From an uncultured Chloroflexia bacterium (GTDB taxonomy: Bacteria > Chloroflexota > Limnocylindria > Limnocylindrales > CSP1-4): a stretch of DNA of 64,000 nt. The notes under the pieces are model-generated. The model made no database searches. It had not been told where the DNA came from and worked only from the letters and a program-made list of their open reading frames with translations. The stretch is from positions 352,001 through 416,000 of the forward strand of contig CAWFXA010000002.1 of NCBI GenBank assembly GCA_963819655.1. Reading direction: 5' to 3'. This document shows, piece by piece, positions 30,172-41,100 of this stretch. The position numbers were made by a program, and so were the translations under genes. Each line of letters starts with the position of its first letter. The first letter of the stretch is position 1.

Positions 30172-32064
30172 TCAGGACGCGGGCTTGGCCGTCGAGCGGC
30201 GGGTCGTTCGGCGCTTGGGCGCGCTGGCCTCCGCGGACTCCGAGCCCGCGGGAGCGTCCGCCGATGACGTGGCCGCGTCGTCGCCGGCCGCGGCGGTCTT
30301 CCGCGTCGTCCGGCGCTTGGGCGCCGCCGTCGCTCCGGTCTCGTCGGCCGTGGCCGCCGTCTTGCGGGTCGTTCGGCGCTTGGGCGCCGCATCCGCGTCC
30401 GCGTCACCGGCACTCGACGTCGCCGGCCCCGCCTTCGCAGTCGCCGTGCGCGTGGTCCGACGCTTCGGCGCCGGCTTCGCGGGCGCGTCGCCCGTCACAG
30501 CCACGTCGGCCTCGGCGATCGGGTTGACCTCTGGTGCCGGCCTGCCGGACGCCGTATCCGCCGGCGGAGCCGACGGTCGCTGACCGACCTGGGCCCGAAG
30601 CATCGCCTCGAGCTCGGGCGGGACCTCGCTCCACGGCTCGGCCGAGCCGGATGGTCGAGACGCGTCGCGCGGACGCTGATCCCGGTTGTCGAAGCCGCGA
30701 CCGCCGCGCTGACCTTGGCCGCTGCCGCGCCCGGTGTCGGTGCCTCGGCCGCTGACATCGGGATAGCGGTTGATGCCGCCGCTGCGACCCCCACCGTAGC
30801 GCTCCCGCTCGACCGCGGACTGGTAGGCGGCACGGCCGCCACGCGGACCGCCGCGCCCGCCACCCTGCCCACGGGCTGCACCGCCGCGCGCACCGCGACG
30901 CTGTTCCGCGATCAGGTACTCCGGGATCTCCGGCTCGTCGAAGTCCTCGTCATCGGCGATCGGGGACAGGTTCGCGGCCGGCGGTACCGACGTCCCGAGC
31001 TGCGAATCCCAGACCGACCCGAACGGGGTCGAACGTGGCCGCCGCGGAGCGTCGACCGGCTCGTCGTCCTCCTCGACGGGGGGTTCGAACCGGCTGGCAG
31101 CCGGCGCGGGCTCCGGCGCTGCCGGGGTCGCTGCACCGGCGTCGTCTCGTCCGCGACCACGGCCGCGTCCGCGACCGCCGCGGCGCCGACGGCGGCGCCC
31201 GCCATCGTCATACGTCTCGGCGTCGCTTTCGGGAGGCTCGCCACCTTCGGCGCCTGGGGAGCCCAGGTCGTCGAGCGTGAACACCTCGGCCGTCGCGAGC
31301 TCGGATTCGGACAGGCCGCCGGCCTTCGACAGGCGCTCACCAGGGAGTGCCGTGAGACCGTCGCCCCCGGAGCCGTTCGTCGATGCTGCGGCTGCCGGAC
31401 GCCGGCCGCGACCACGCCCGCCCGATGCGGAAACGGCCGTCTCGGCTTCGCCGGCCCGACCGCGACCCCGGCCGCGCGTCGTGCGGCCACCGCGGCCGAC
31501 GCCCGTCCCCTCGGTCTGCTTGTCGGGGACCTCGGTCATCGACAGGTCGGCGTCGTCGCCGGCCACGCGGCGGCCCGAGCGCGAGCCCTTCTCGACACGC
31601 GCGAGCTGGGTGATGTCGGTGAACTGGTCGGCGACCTCGATCAGGTCGGACGAGGTGTTGCCGCGGAAGCTGATGACCTCACAGCGGACGCCCATCTCCT
31701 GGACGGCCCGGATGGCGGGGGCGAAGTCACCGTCGCCCGACACGACGATGGCGATGTCCAGGTTCCGCGCAGTCTTCATCATGTCGACGACGAGCTCGAT
31801 GTCGAGGTTGGCCTTGACCTTGCCGTCGCCGTACTTGCGGATGTCCTTGCTGACGACCTTATAGCCGTGCCGGCGCAGGAAGTCATGGAAGTTCCGCTGG
31901 TTCTCGTTGTCCGGGTCGAGGCCCGTGTATGCATAGGCGCGCACGAGGTCGCGTCCGGCCGAGGCCGACTTGAGGAGCGTGACGTAATCGATGTCCACGC
32001 CGGCGGCCTTGGCCGCATAGAAGATGTTCGCCACGTCCACGAAGACGGCGACGTTCTTGCTCAA
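30172..32064 (-). CDS. NYN (LabA/DUF88) domain ribonuclease with long disordered C-terminal tail
   Basis: VFVDVAN, KANLDIELVVD, VSGDGDF, ADQF; TTG start behind AAAGGAG RBS. Confidence 0.9.
   Translation of the reverse strand: MSKNVAVFVDVANIFYAAKAAGVDIDYVTLLKSASAGRDLVRAYAYTGLDPDNENQRNFHDFLRRHGYKVVSKDIRKYGDGKVKANLDIELVVDMMKTARNLDIAIVVSGDGDFAPAIRAVQEMGVRCEVISFRGNTSSDLIEVADQFTDITQLARVEKGSRSGRRVAGDDADLSMTEVPDKQTEGTGVGRGGRTTRGRGRGRAGEAETAVSASGGRGRGRRPAAAASTNGSGGDGLTALPGERLSKAGGLSESELATAEVFTLDDLGSPGAEGGEPPESDAETYDDGGRRRRRRGGRGRGRGRGRDDAGAATPAAPEPAPAASRFEPPVEEDDEPVDAPRRPRSTPFGSVWDSQLGTSVPPAANLSPIADDEDFDEPEIPEYLIAEQRRGARGGAARGQGGGRGGPRGGRAAYQSAVERERYGGGRSGGINRYPDVSGRGTDTGRGSGQGQRGGRGFDNRDQRPRDASRPSGSAEPWSEVPPELEAMLRAQVGQRPSAPPADTASGRPAPEVNPIAEADVAVTGDAPAKPAPKRRTTRTATAKAGPATSSAGDADADAAPKRRTTRKTAATADETGATAAPKRRTTRKTAAAGDDAATSSADAPAGSESAEASAPKRRTTRRSTAKPAS
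30197..30475 (-). repeat. four APKRRTTR histone-H1-like peptide repeats
   Basis: APKRRTTR(T/K/K/R) four times in the NYN tail. Confidence 0.85.
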
Positions 32065-32134
32065 ACTGGTACTCCTTTGGAGCTGGTTATTGATGCCCGG
32101 CCGGCGCGATCACGCTGCGCGGCGGGGCCGATGA

Positions 32135-32599
32135 TCAGAAGCGGCGCGTGGTGCTTCCCACCGCGGCCACGGTTCGTTGGATACGCGGACCGGCCGGGGT
32201 GAACCCCAGGGCCGCCCAGCGACCGAGGGTCGCCGGATCGTCCGGTCGGGCTGCTTCCACGAGGGTGCAGCCCTTATTGCTGGCCGAGCGGATGGCCTCC
32301 TCGAGGAGGGCACCCGCGACCCGTTCGTCGTCGTGGTCGGGATCGACGACCAGGAGGTCGATCGTCCCGACGAAGCCGCCGGCGGTGACCGACGGACGGA
32401 GGGCCAGGACGGCCCCGCCGACGACGTGACGCTGGGTCTCGGCCACGAAGATGCTGGCTTGCGGCAGGTACACGAGCTGCCGGAGCAGATCGGCGGCGTC
32501 GAGCGGGCTCGATCCTCGTTCCACGCGACCGTCAGCATCGCTCAGCGCGACAAGACGGTCGATATCGGTGATACGGGCGGCTCGGACCAGATATTCCAC
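32135..32599 (-). CDS. GNAT family acetyltransferase
   Basis: VRAARITD, FVAE, IDLLVVDP, GALLEEA...GF; AcCoA motif degenerate. Confidence 0.8.
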   Translation of the reverse strand: MEYLVRAARITDIDRLVALSDADGRVERGSSPLDAADLLRQLVYLPQASIFVAETQRHVVGGAVLALRPSVTAGGFVGTIDLLVVDPDHDDERVAGALLEEAIRSASNKGCTLVEAARPDDPATLGRWAALGFTPAGPRIQRTVAAVGSTTRRF

Positions 32600-32740
32600 G
32601 CCGAAGGTTCACACCTCGCAGGACGGCGACCGTTTGCCCCTCGACCGGGGCCATCCCGACCCTGGGCCGGGACCGGGGGCCCGCTATCCCGCTTGCCGCC
32701 GTGCGTGACGCTGCGGCGAAAGGGACGCGACCGACCGGTG

Positions 32741-32768
32741 TTGCATTCGGGTCGCCGGTGCATATGAT
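32741..32768 (+). promoter_or_regulatory. putative sigma70 promoter of liv operon
   Basis: TTGCAT-N16-TATGAT. Confidence 0.55.
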
Positions 32769-32997
32769 ACGGCATCGTTTCGGCGGTCACCTGCGCGCCG
32801 CTCGAGGACGGTCCTGCGACGTCTCCGTCACGCACCACAGCTTGCCCCGTTGGCGCCCTGGGAGGGCACCGTCGACCGGGACGAGCGTATGAGGGTGGAC
32901 GGAGGTGTCCGCATCTCCGGACCGAGCCGGGGCCAGTGTCGACGATCGACGGTCGTCCGGGAGGACCCGGGCGATCCATCATCCAGGAGGAGTGTGC

Positions 32998-34226
32998 ATG
33001 AACAAGAGCAGAGTCGGGGCACTTGCCGCCGTCGCCATGCTCGCCTTTGCGGCGTGTGGCACCGGTGGCGGGGCTGCCAGCAAGGGCGACATCGAGGTTT
33101 GGTCCTCGCTTCCCCGCCAAGGTTCGAGCAAGGCCCAGACCGACACGATCGTGAACGCGATCAACATGGCCATCGAAGAGAAGGGCGGCGTCGTCGGCGG
33201 TTACAAGATCGTCTACAAGGACGTCGACGATTCCACTGCCGCGGCCGGCAAGTGGGACGAGGCCACCGAGATCAAGAACGCGAACGATGCCGTCGCCAAT
33301 GACAAGGTCGTGGCGTACATCGGGACGTTCAACTCGGGTGCTGCCAAGCTGTCGATCCCCATCCTGTGCCAGAAGGGCATCGCGATGGTGAGTCCGGCCA
33401 ACACCTACCCCGGCCTGACGAAGGCCGGCAAGGGTGAGCCGAACGAACCGGATGTCTACTATCCGAACGGCTGCGCGCGGAACTATCACCGCGTCGTCGC
33501 CGCGGACGACCTCCAGGGCCTGGCCGGTGCCAAGTGGGCCGCCAAGCTGGGCGCCAAGAACGTGTACGTCCTCGATGACACCGAGCTGTACGGCAAGGGC
33601 ATCGCCGACGTCTTCAATAACGAAGCCGCCGGTGCCGGTCTGACCGTGCTCGGCCGCGACGGGATCGACGGCAAGGCGACCGACTACAAGGCCCTCGCCG
33701 AGAAGATCAAGGCCACCAACCCGGACCTCGTCTACTACGGTGGCATCACCCAGAACAACGCTGGCAAGCTGTGGGTCGACCTGCGCGACGCCATGCCCGA
33801 GGTCACCCTCATGGGACCTGACGGCATCCTCGAGCAGGAATGGATCGACGCCGCCGGTGCCGCGGCCGAAGGTACGTACATCACCTTCGGTGGCCTGCCG
33901 GCCACCGAGCTGACCGGCAAGGGTGCCGACTTCATCAAGAACTACAACGCCAAGTACCCGAACGCCAAGCCCGAGGCGTACACCGCCTACGGCTACGAGG
34001 CTGCAGGCGTCGTCCTCGCGGCCATCGAGCGGGCCGCGGCGACGAACCCGGCCGACATGACTGCGCTCCGCGCGGCCGTGCTCAAGGAGATCCACGCGAC
34101 GAAGGACTATGACGGTGCCCTCGGCAAGTGGAGCTTCAACGAGGAAGGCGACACGACCCTGACCGCCATGTCGGGGAACATCGTCAAGGACGGTGCAAGT
34201 TCGCGTTCGATAGCGTCATCGAATAG
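32998..34226 (+). CDS. livK: branched-chain amino acid ABC substrate-binding lipoprotein (frameshift near 34197)
   Basis: Lipobox FAAC, IGTFNSG, SPANT, DDTELYGKG; AGGAGG RBS. Confidence 0.88.
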
Positions 34227-34252
34227 TCGCCGGCCCGCCGGGCCACGACTAC

Positions 34253-34289
34253 CCGACCGACCGTTCGGCAGTGCCGGACGGTCGGTCGG
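34253..34289 (+). terminator. intercistronic stem-loop after livK
   Basis: CCGACCGACCGTTCGGC-agt-GCCGGACGGTCGGTCGG, 17-bp stem. Confidence 0.65.
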
Positions 34290-34324
34290 CACATCCAGCT
34301 CCGCAACGGTCTTGAGGAGAGAGC

Positions 34325-35251
34325 GTGGAGGAACTGGCCAAGGCGCTCACGATCGGCGTCACCAACGGCCTGATCATCGCCCTCATCGCGATCGGCTACA
34401 CGCTCGTCTACGGCATCCTCGAACTCATCAACTTCGCGCACGCCGACGTCTTCATGCTGGGTACGGCGTTCACGTTCTTCATGACGAACTTCATCGTCGA
34501 ATCGCTGGGCATCCCCGCAGCGTCACTCCTCGCGCTGCTGATGACCTTCATCGGGCTGCCCATCGTCATGCTGCTGACGGCCGGTATCAATGCCGGCATC
34601 GAACGCGTGGCCTATCGGCCACTGCGGAACGCGCCCCGTCTGGCGCCGCTCATCAGCGCGATCGGCGTGTCCTTCATCCTCCAGAACATCGGTCTGGTCA
34701 TCCTCGGCCCATCGCAGTTGAGGGTCGAAGACGTGCTCCCGTCGACCGGCCTCGTCACGTTCCCCAGCGGCGCATCCTGGTTCGGGGTCGACGAGGTCGT
34801 CGTCCTGTTGGTGACGCTGCCGCTGCTGCTCGGCCTGCGCTGGTTCGTCGGCAGCACTCGCCAGGGCAAGGCGATGCGCGCGACCGCACAGGACCGTGAT
34901 GCCTCGGGGCTCATGGGGATCGACGTCAACCGGACCATCTCACTGACGTTCCTGATCGCCGGCGCCCTGGCCGGCGCGGCCGGTCTGATCGTCGCCCTGT
35001 ACTACCGCCAGACGTTCTTCCAGTACGGGTTCCAGTTCGGCCTGCTGTCATTCACGGCGGCTGTCCTCGGCGGGATCGGCAACCTCACCGGCGCGACCCT
35101 GGGCGCCCTCGTGCTCGGGCTCGTCGCGGCGCTGTCCGACCGCTTCCTCGAGGCGAAATGGACGACGGTCATCGTGTTCGGGATCCTGATCCTCGTCCTG
35201 GTCTTCCGCCCGACAGGTCTCCTGGCAGAGAAGCAGTCGGAGCGCGCCTGA
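34325..35251 (+). CDS. livH: branched-chain amino acid ABC permease
   Basis: ALIAIGYTLVYGILELINFAH, AAVLGGIG. Confidence 0.93.
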   Translation: MEELAKALTIGVTNGLIIALIAIGYTLVYGILELINFAHADVFMLGTAFTFFMTNFIVESLGIPAASLLALLMTFIGLPIVMLLTAGINAGIERVAYRPLRNAPRLAPLISAIGVSFILQNIGLVILGPSQLRVEDVLPSTGLVTFPSGASWFGVDEVVVLLVTLPLLLGLRWFVGSTRQGKAMRATAQDRDASGLMGIDVNRTISLTFLIAGALAGAAGLIVALYYRQTFFQYGFQFGLLSFTAAVLGGIGNLTGATLGALVLGLVAALSDRFLEAKWTTVIVFGILILVLVFRPTGLLAEKQSERA

Positions 35252-35252
35252 C

Positions 35253-36629
35253 ATGACCACCGCCGTACCGTCCCGCCGGCTAGCCATCCCCAATCCGCTT
35301 GGGGGAATGGACCGCCGCCGCCGCGACATGACGATCGTCGCGATCCTGATGGTCCTCGCGGTCGTGTACCCGGTGGTGTACAGGTCGCTCGAAGCGGCCC
35401 TGCCGTTCATCCCGTGGCCGGGGACCGCGGTGCTCATCACGTGCGCGACCTTCGCGATCCTCGCGCTGGGGCTCAACATCGTCATGGGCTTCGCCGGCCT
35501 GCTCGACCTCGGCTATGTCGCGTTCTACGCCATCGGCGCCTATACCACGGCGTTCCTCGCGTCGAGCCATTTCGGGATCCACATCAGCTGGTGGATCGTG
35601 ATCTGGCTGGCGGTCGGTGCGGCGGCCGTGGCCGGCATCCTGCTCGGTGCGCCGACGCTCAAGCTCCGAGGCGATTACCTGGCCATCGTCACGCTCGGCT
35701 TCGGTGAGATCGTGCGGATCGTGTTCCGCAATCTCGGCGATTTCACTCTGATCTTGCCGGCCTTCCTGGGCGGCGCGATCATCATCGGCCCGAACGCCAA
35801 CCTGACCGGCGGCAACGTCGGGATCAACCCGATCGATCCCCCGACCATCCCGATACCGGGCCCGTGGGGGAACGTGATCATCTTCTCCAACCAGAATGCG
35901 ATCGCGTCGTGGTACCTGGTCCTCGGGCTGCTCGTCCTGACGTTCTTCATCTGCGTGCGCCTGCGCAATTCGAAGCTCGGTCGGGCATGGATGGCAATCC
36001 GCGAGGACGAGACGGCGGCCGCGGCGATGGGTATCAATACGGTCACCACCAAGCTGCTCGCGTTCTCGCTCGGGGCGAGCTTCTCGGGCTTTGCCGGCGC
36101 CTTCACAGGCGCCTACCAGACGGCGATCTTCGCCGAGACCTTCAACTTCAATGTGTCGATCCTGGTGGTCGTCATGATCATCCTGGGCGGGATCGGCTCG
36201 CTCCGAGGCGTTGTGATCGGCGCATTCGCCGTGCAGTACGTCAACCAGACGCTGCTCGCGTTCCTGGGCACGCGGATCTTCAACGACCCGATCCAGGCCC
36301 TCGGCGATGCGACCGGGATCGATCTCCTGTCCGACTTCAACCTGGCCACGTACAACTACCTGATCTTCGGAATCGTCCTGGTGATCATGATGATCAAGCG
36401 GCCCGAGGGCCTGTTCCCGGACGAGAGCGCGAAGGCCGAGATGCACGGCATCGGCGTGGCGGCCGAGGTGACGGCCGGCTCGGCGGACCTGCTGGCGGCG
36501 GCCGAAGAGACCGAGACCGTCCTGCTCGGCGACGCCGCGATCGAGGATGCCACGGCGATCCCCGACACTCTGCCCGATGTCCTGCCCGATGTCCTGATCG
36601 AGCGTGACGATGGGGAACCCCCGAGATGA
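35253..36629 (+). CDS. livM: branched-chain amino acid ABC permease
   Basis: GLLDLGYVAF, LRGDYLAIVTLGFGE, AIREDE. Confidence 0.93.
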   Translation: MTTAVPSRRLAIPNPLGGMDRRRRDMTIVAILMVLAVVYPVVYRSLEAALPFIPWPGTAVLITCATFAILALGLNIVMGFAGLLDLGYVAFYAIGAYTTAFLASSHFGIHISWWIVIWLAVGAAAVAGILLGAPTLKLRGDYLAIVTLGFGEIVRIVFRNLGDFTLILPAFLGGAIIIGPNANLTGGNVGINPIDPPTIPIPGPWGNVIIFSNQNAIASWYLVLGLLVLTFFICVRLRNSKLGRAWMAIREDETAAAAMGINTVTTKLLAFSLGASFSGFAGAFTGAYQTAIFAETFNFNVSILVVVMIILGGIGSLRGVVIGAFAVQYVNQTLLAFLGTRIFNDPIQALGDATGIDLLSDFNLATYNYLIFGIVLVIMMIKRPEGLFPDESAKAEMHGIGVAAEVTAGSADLLAAAEETETVLLGDAAIEDATAIPDTLPDVLPDVLIERDDGEPPR

Positions 36630-37435
36630 CGGCTCAAGCCGCGACGGCACCCCAGGCCGCCGGCGACCTCCTGGTCGCCACGGACTGCACGAAGACGTTC
36701 GGCGGCCTCGTGGCGGTGAGCGACGTCGATTTCACGATCCCTCTGGGCAGCATCGTCAGCCTCATCGGTCCCAACGGAGCCGGCAAGACGACTTTCTTCA
36801 ACATGATCACCGGGCTGTACGTCCCGACGGAGGGGACGATCCGCTTCGACGGCCAGGACATCACCGGCAAGAAACCACACGAGGTCGTCCGAGTCGGGAT
36901 CGCGCGGACCTTCCAGAACATCCGGCTGTTCGGCAACATGACGGCCGAGGGGAATGTGCTGGTCGGTCTGCACCACCGGCTGAAGGGCCGCTGGATCGGA
37001 GCGATCCTGCGCACCCCCGCGATCCGTCGGGAGGAGGCGGAGGCGCACGAGCAGGCTCTGGAGCTGCTCGACCTGGTCGGCCTCCGGAGCCGCTCGGAGA
37101 CCCTCGCGCGGAACCTGCCGTACGGGGACCAGCGTCGTCTCGAGATCGCGCGTGCCCTCGCCACGGCGCCCAAGCTCCTGTTGCTCGACGAGCCGACGGC
37201 CGGGATGAACCCCGAGGAGACCCGCCGCCTGACCGACTTCGTACGCGAGCTGCGGACGCGCCTCGGTCTGACCGTCCTCCTCATCGAGCACGACATGAAG
37301 GTCGTCATGGGCATCAGCGACCGCGTGACGGTCCTCGATCACGGGGAGAAGATCGCCGAGGGCTCCCCTGCCGAGGTCCGTGCCGACGCTCGGGTCGTCG
37401 AGGCGTACCTCGGCCGCGGCGCGTCGGCAGGCTAG
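36626..37435 (+). CDS. livG: branched-chain amino acid ABC ATPase
   Basis: GPNGAGKT, RTFQN, LPYG, IEHDM. Confidence 0.94.
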   Translation: MTAQAATAPQAAGDLLVATDCTKTFGGLVAVSDVDFTIPLGSIVSLIGPNGAGKTTFFNMITGLYVPTEGTIRFDGQDITGKKPHEVVRVGIARTFQNIRLFGNMTAEGNVLVGLHHRLKGRWIGAILRTPAIRREEAEAHEQALELLDLVGLRSRSETLARNLPYGDQRRLEIARALATAPKLLLLDEPTAGMNPEETRRLTDFVRELRTRLGLTVLLIEHDMKVVMGISDRVTVLDHGEKIAEGSPAEVRADARVVEAYLGRGASAG

Positions 37436-37440
37436 ACGCG

Positions 37441-38151
37441 ATGCCCCTGCTCGAGCTCCGCGACGTCCACACGTACTACGGCAACATCCATGCCCTCAAG
37501 GGCATCTCGCTGCACATCGACGTCGGCGAGATCGTCACGCTCATCGGCTCGAACGGCGCCGGGAAGTCGACGACGCTCAAGACGATCAGCGGGCTGCTTC
37601 GCCCCCGCGAGGGCGAGATCTGGTTCGAGGGCGAGCGCCTGGATGGGACGCCGGCCCACGACGTCGTGGCCAAGGGCATCAGCCAGTCGCCCGAGGGGCG
37701 GCGCATCTTCCCGCGCCTGACGGTCCGCGAGAACCTCGAGATGGGCGCGTTCCTGCGGCCGGTGGGACCGGAGAGGGCTGCGGACTTCGAGCGGGTCTAC
37801 GGCCTGTTCCCCAGGCTCAAGGAGCGTCTCAGCCAGAACGGCGGAACGCTGTCGGGCGGTGAGCAGCAGATGCTGGCGATCGGGCGAGCGCTGATGGCGC
37901 GGCCCAAGTTGCTCCTTCTCGACGAACCGTCGATGGGCCTCGCCCCGATCCTGGTCGAACAGATCTTCGAGATCGTCAAGGACATCAACGCCGGTGGGAC
38001 GACCGTCCTGCTCGTCGAGCAGAACGCGCTGATGGCGCTCGGCATCGCGGCGCGCGGGTACATCCTGCAGACGGGCGAGATCGTGCTGCACGACAACGCC
38101 GACGCGTTGAAGGTCAACCCGGAGGTCCAGAAGGCGTACCTCGGCAGCTGA
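37441..38151 (+). CDS. livF: branched-chain amino acid ABC ATPase
   Basis: GSNGAGKS, PEGRRIF, LSGGEQQM, VEQN. Confidence 0.94.
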   Translation: MPLLELRDVHTYYGNIHALKGISLHIDVGEIVTLIGSNGAGKSTTLKTISGLLRPREGEIWFEGERLDGTPAHDVVAKGISQSPEGRRIFPRLTVRENLEMGAFLRPVGPERAADFERVYGLFPRLKERLSQNGGTLSGGEQQMLAIGRALMARPKLLLLDEPSMGLAPILVEQIFEIVKDINAGGTTVLLVEQNALMALGIAARGYILQTGEIVLHDNADALKVNPEVQKAYLGS

Positions 38152-38194
38152 CCGGCGGCGGTCGTTTGCCGATCGATACGGTACCGTCCTGACG

Positions 38195-41100
38195 ATGCCG
38201 GGTCCCATCACATCGCTGGTCCTCGCCCGTCTGCGCCGGCGAGCTGCCACCGCCGCGATCTCGGTGGCGTCCGTGGCGGCTGCGGCGGCGCTCATCGGGA
38301 TCGTGTCGGGCATCGGCCTGATCGCCTCGGATGCCACCGTGGAGCGGACGCTCGGGGCGAGTGGGGCGGACCTGCCGGTCGTGCGCGTGTCGCGCTTCTC
38401 CCCGAGCGGAGCCGATCGGGCGGAGGCCAGCGCGAGCGCTACTGCCGCTGTCGACGCCAATATGGGTGCCTTCACCGGGCCGCTCGTCGCAGGCCTGCTC
38501 GGCCATGAGCTCGCAGACCTCGAGGCACCGCTGTTCGAGCTCATCGTCGCCGTCGACGATCCCGCGACCTGGGTGACGCTCACCGAGGGCCGCCTGCCGG
38601 CGCGCTGCGAGGATGGCGAACGGTGCGAGGCGGTCCTGCTGTCGGAGAGCGCGCCGGATGTCGACTTCCGGATCGCCCGCCCCGCTCCGGGTGTCGAGCT
38701 GACGATCGTCGGGCGCGGCCTGCTCCACCCGGCGATGCCGTTCGGCGATCTCGACCAGCGCGGACCCTTCGGGAGTCGGCCGATCGGTGGCGGGGAGTAT
38801 CAGACCGGGCGTTCCAGTCCCGCGGTCATCCTGGTGAACGGCGTGAAGGCGGTGGCCGAGGCTCCCGCGTTCGATCGCACTGGCCGGACGTACGTCTGGA
38901 CAGCGCCGCTCGATGTCGATCGCGTCCACCCGTGGACGGCCGGGGCCCTGCGCGATGCGACCGCGGCGCTGGCCGGCGATCTCGCTGCCGACGACACGGC
39001 ATTCACGGTCACCAGTCCGATGCCGGGTCTGGAGGCCGCGCTGGCTCGTGCCGACGCTGCCCGAGGACGCCTCCTGATCGTCGGGTCGCTCGGCGTGGCG
39101 ATCCTTCTCGCGTTCGGGGTCTTCGTGGCTCTCGTGATCCGGGAGGACGTCGGCGCGGAGGTCGCCAGGCTCAGGGCCGTCGGCGCTCGCAGAAGAGACC
39201 TGATCGCGTTCCTCGTGCTCGAAGCGCTGATCCCTGCGGCCATCGGCGGGGTCGTGGGCTGGGCCGTCGCCGCTGTCGTCGTCGCGACGCTCAGTGCGTG
39301 GTCGGGCTCCGATGTCGGCGCGATCCTTGCCGGGACGTTGCTGGGGCCGACGCCACTGGCGGCCGCGCTGCTCGTGATCGCGGCGGCCATCGTGGCCACG
39401 ATCCTTGCGACCGCCCCAGGCATCCCGCGGGCGGGCGGGGTCCGTATCGCGACTGCGATCGCCCTGACCGCCACGATCATGCTCGGCTGGCAGCTGGCGA
39501 CAAGCGGGCCGCTCGGTGCACCGGCCCTCGCCGGCGCGATCGCCAGTCCGATCGTCGTGCTGCTGCCGCCGACGCTCGTGTTCCTGGCGGCTCTCGTCCT
39601 GACGACACTGTTGCCGCCCCTGCTGCGCGCAGTCACGCGCCGAACGACGGGTGCCCCACTGCCGATCCGTCTGTCGCTGTTATCCATCGCGCGCGATCCC
39701 GGCCGGCCGGCCGCGACCGTGACGCTCCTCGCCTTCAGCCTTGGGGCGATGGTGTTCGCGACAGCCTGGTCCGCGACCCTGCGGCAGGGGAACGAGGACG
39801 CAGCCGCGTATCGGTCGGGGCTCGACCTCCGCGTGACCGAGCTGGGAACCGCGCTCTCCGTCGCGAAGTCGGTCGTACCGGTCAGCAGATACGAGTCACT
39901 CGGCGACGATGTCAGCGCGGTGCCGGTCTTTCGCGAGACCAGCACGACGCAACCGGGGGCACGGGTCGAGATCCTCGGGATCGAGCCGGCCGCACTGCCG
40001 ACCCTCCCCGGCTGGCGCACTGACTTCTCATCGACGTCGATCGATGATCTCGCCGATCGCCTGCAGGTGCCGGCGCCCAGCGGCGGTTGGCGGTTGACCG
40101 GGCATCGATTGCCCACCGGCGTCACCGACCTCGAAGTACGGTTCACGTACAGCGGTCAGCCGGTCCGCCTCGACGCGGTCGTGGCGACCGATGGTGGCGA
40201 CGCCGCGATCGTTCCGTTGGGAACGATCCGGGACGGGATGACCAGCGCGTCGGCGCGTCTGCCCGACAGCGGGATCGGCGGCCAGCTCACTGCGCTGATC
40301 TTCCGCAACGATCAGTTGATCGCGGGCCCGCAGCATCAGGGCGACCTCGTGACCGGGACCGTGACGTTCGACGGTCTCGAGGGCCTGGTCGCGGACGACC
40401 CGATCGATCTCGAGATCTTCACGGTCTCGTCGGTGGTGATCCGCGCCCCCCAGGCGTCCGACGGCGTGGTCCTGCCGGCGATCGTCAGCCCGAACCTCGC
40501 CCGCGATGCGGCCGCGGATGGCAGCCTCGACCTGCACGTCGGAGGCGGCAGCGTGCCCCTGCGCGTCGTCGGGACCGCGGCCTGGGCACCGACCATCACG
40601 GACGCGAACCCGAGGTTCGTCATCGTTCCGCTCGATCCGCTGCTCGTGGCGGTGGCGTCCGCGTTGCCGGGGGCTGGCAGACCGACCGAGATGTGGATCA
40701 CCGCGCCGACCCCCCAACGCCTCGACGAGGTGCGCCACGCGCTGGGCCAGGCCCCGTTCCGTTTCGCCGAGGTGACCGCCCGAGCCGATCTCGTCGCCGA
40801 CCGCGCCGGCGACCCGCTCACCCAAGCGATCGTCTGGTCACTGGTCGTGGCCGCTATCGCCGGACTGCTCCTGTCCGTGGGCGGGCTCATCCTCGGTACT
40901 GTCACGGATCTGCGTGACGAACGCGGTGAGCTGGCCGATCTCGAGGCGCAAGGCATCCCGCCGTCATCGTTGCGCTGGCATGCCCTGGCGCGCACCGCGT
41001 GGCTGGCGATCGGCGGGGGCATCGCCGGCCTGGTCGCCGGCCTCCTGCTGGCGGTGGTGGTGACCGGAGCACTCGCCCTCGACGCGGAGGGCCGCCTGCC

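Noticed and set aside
30197-30475. CRISPR-like spaced repeats
   Set aside because: Copies vary at synonymous positions, spacing is irregular, they are in-frame peptide repeats, and no cas genes are present
32905-34899. 664-aa LivK fusion
   Set aside because: Read-through caused by an indel near 34197; the native stop is at 34224-34226 and livH is in another frame
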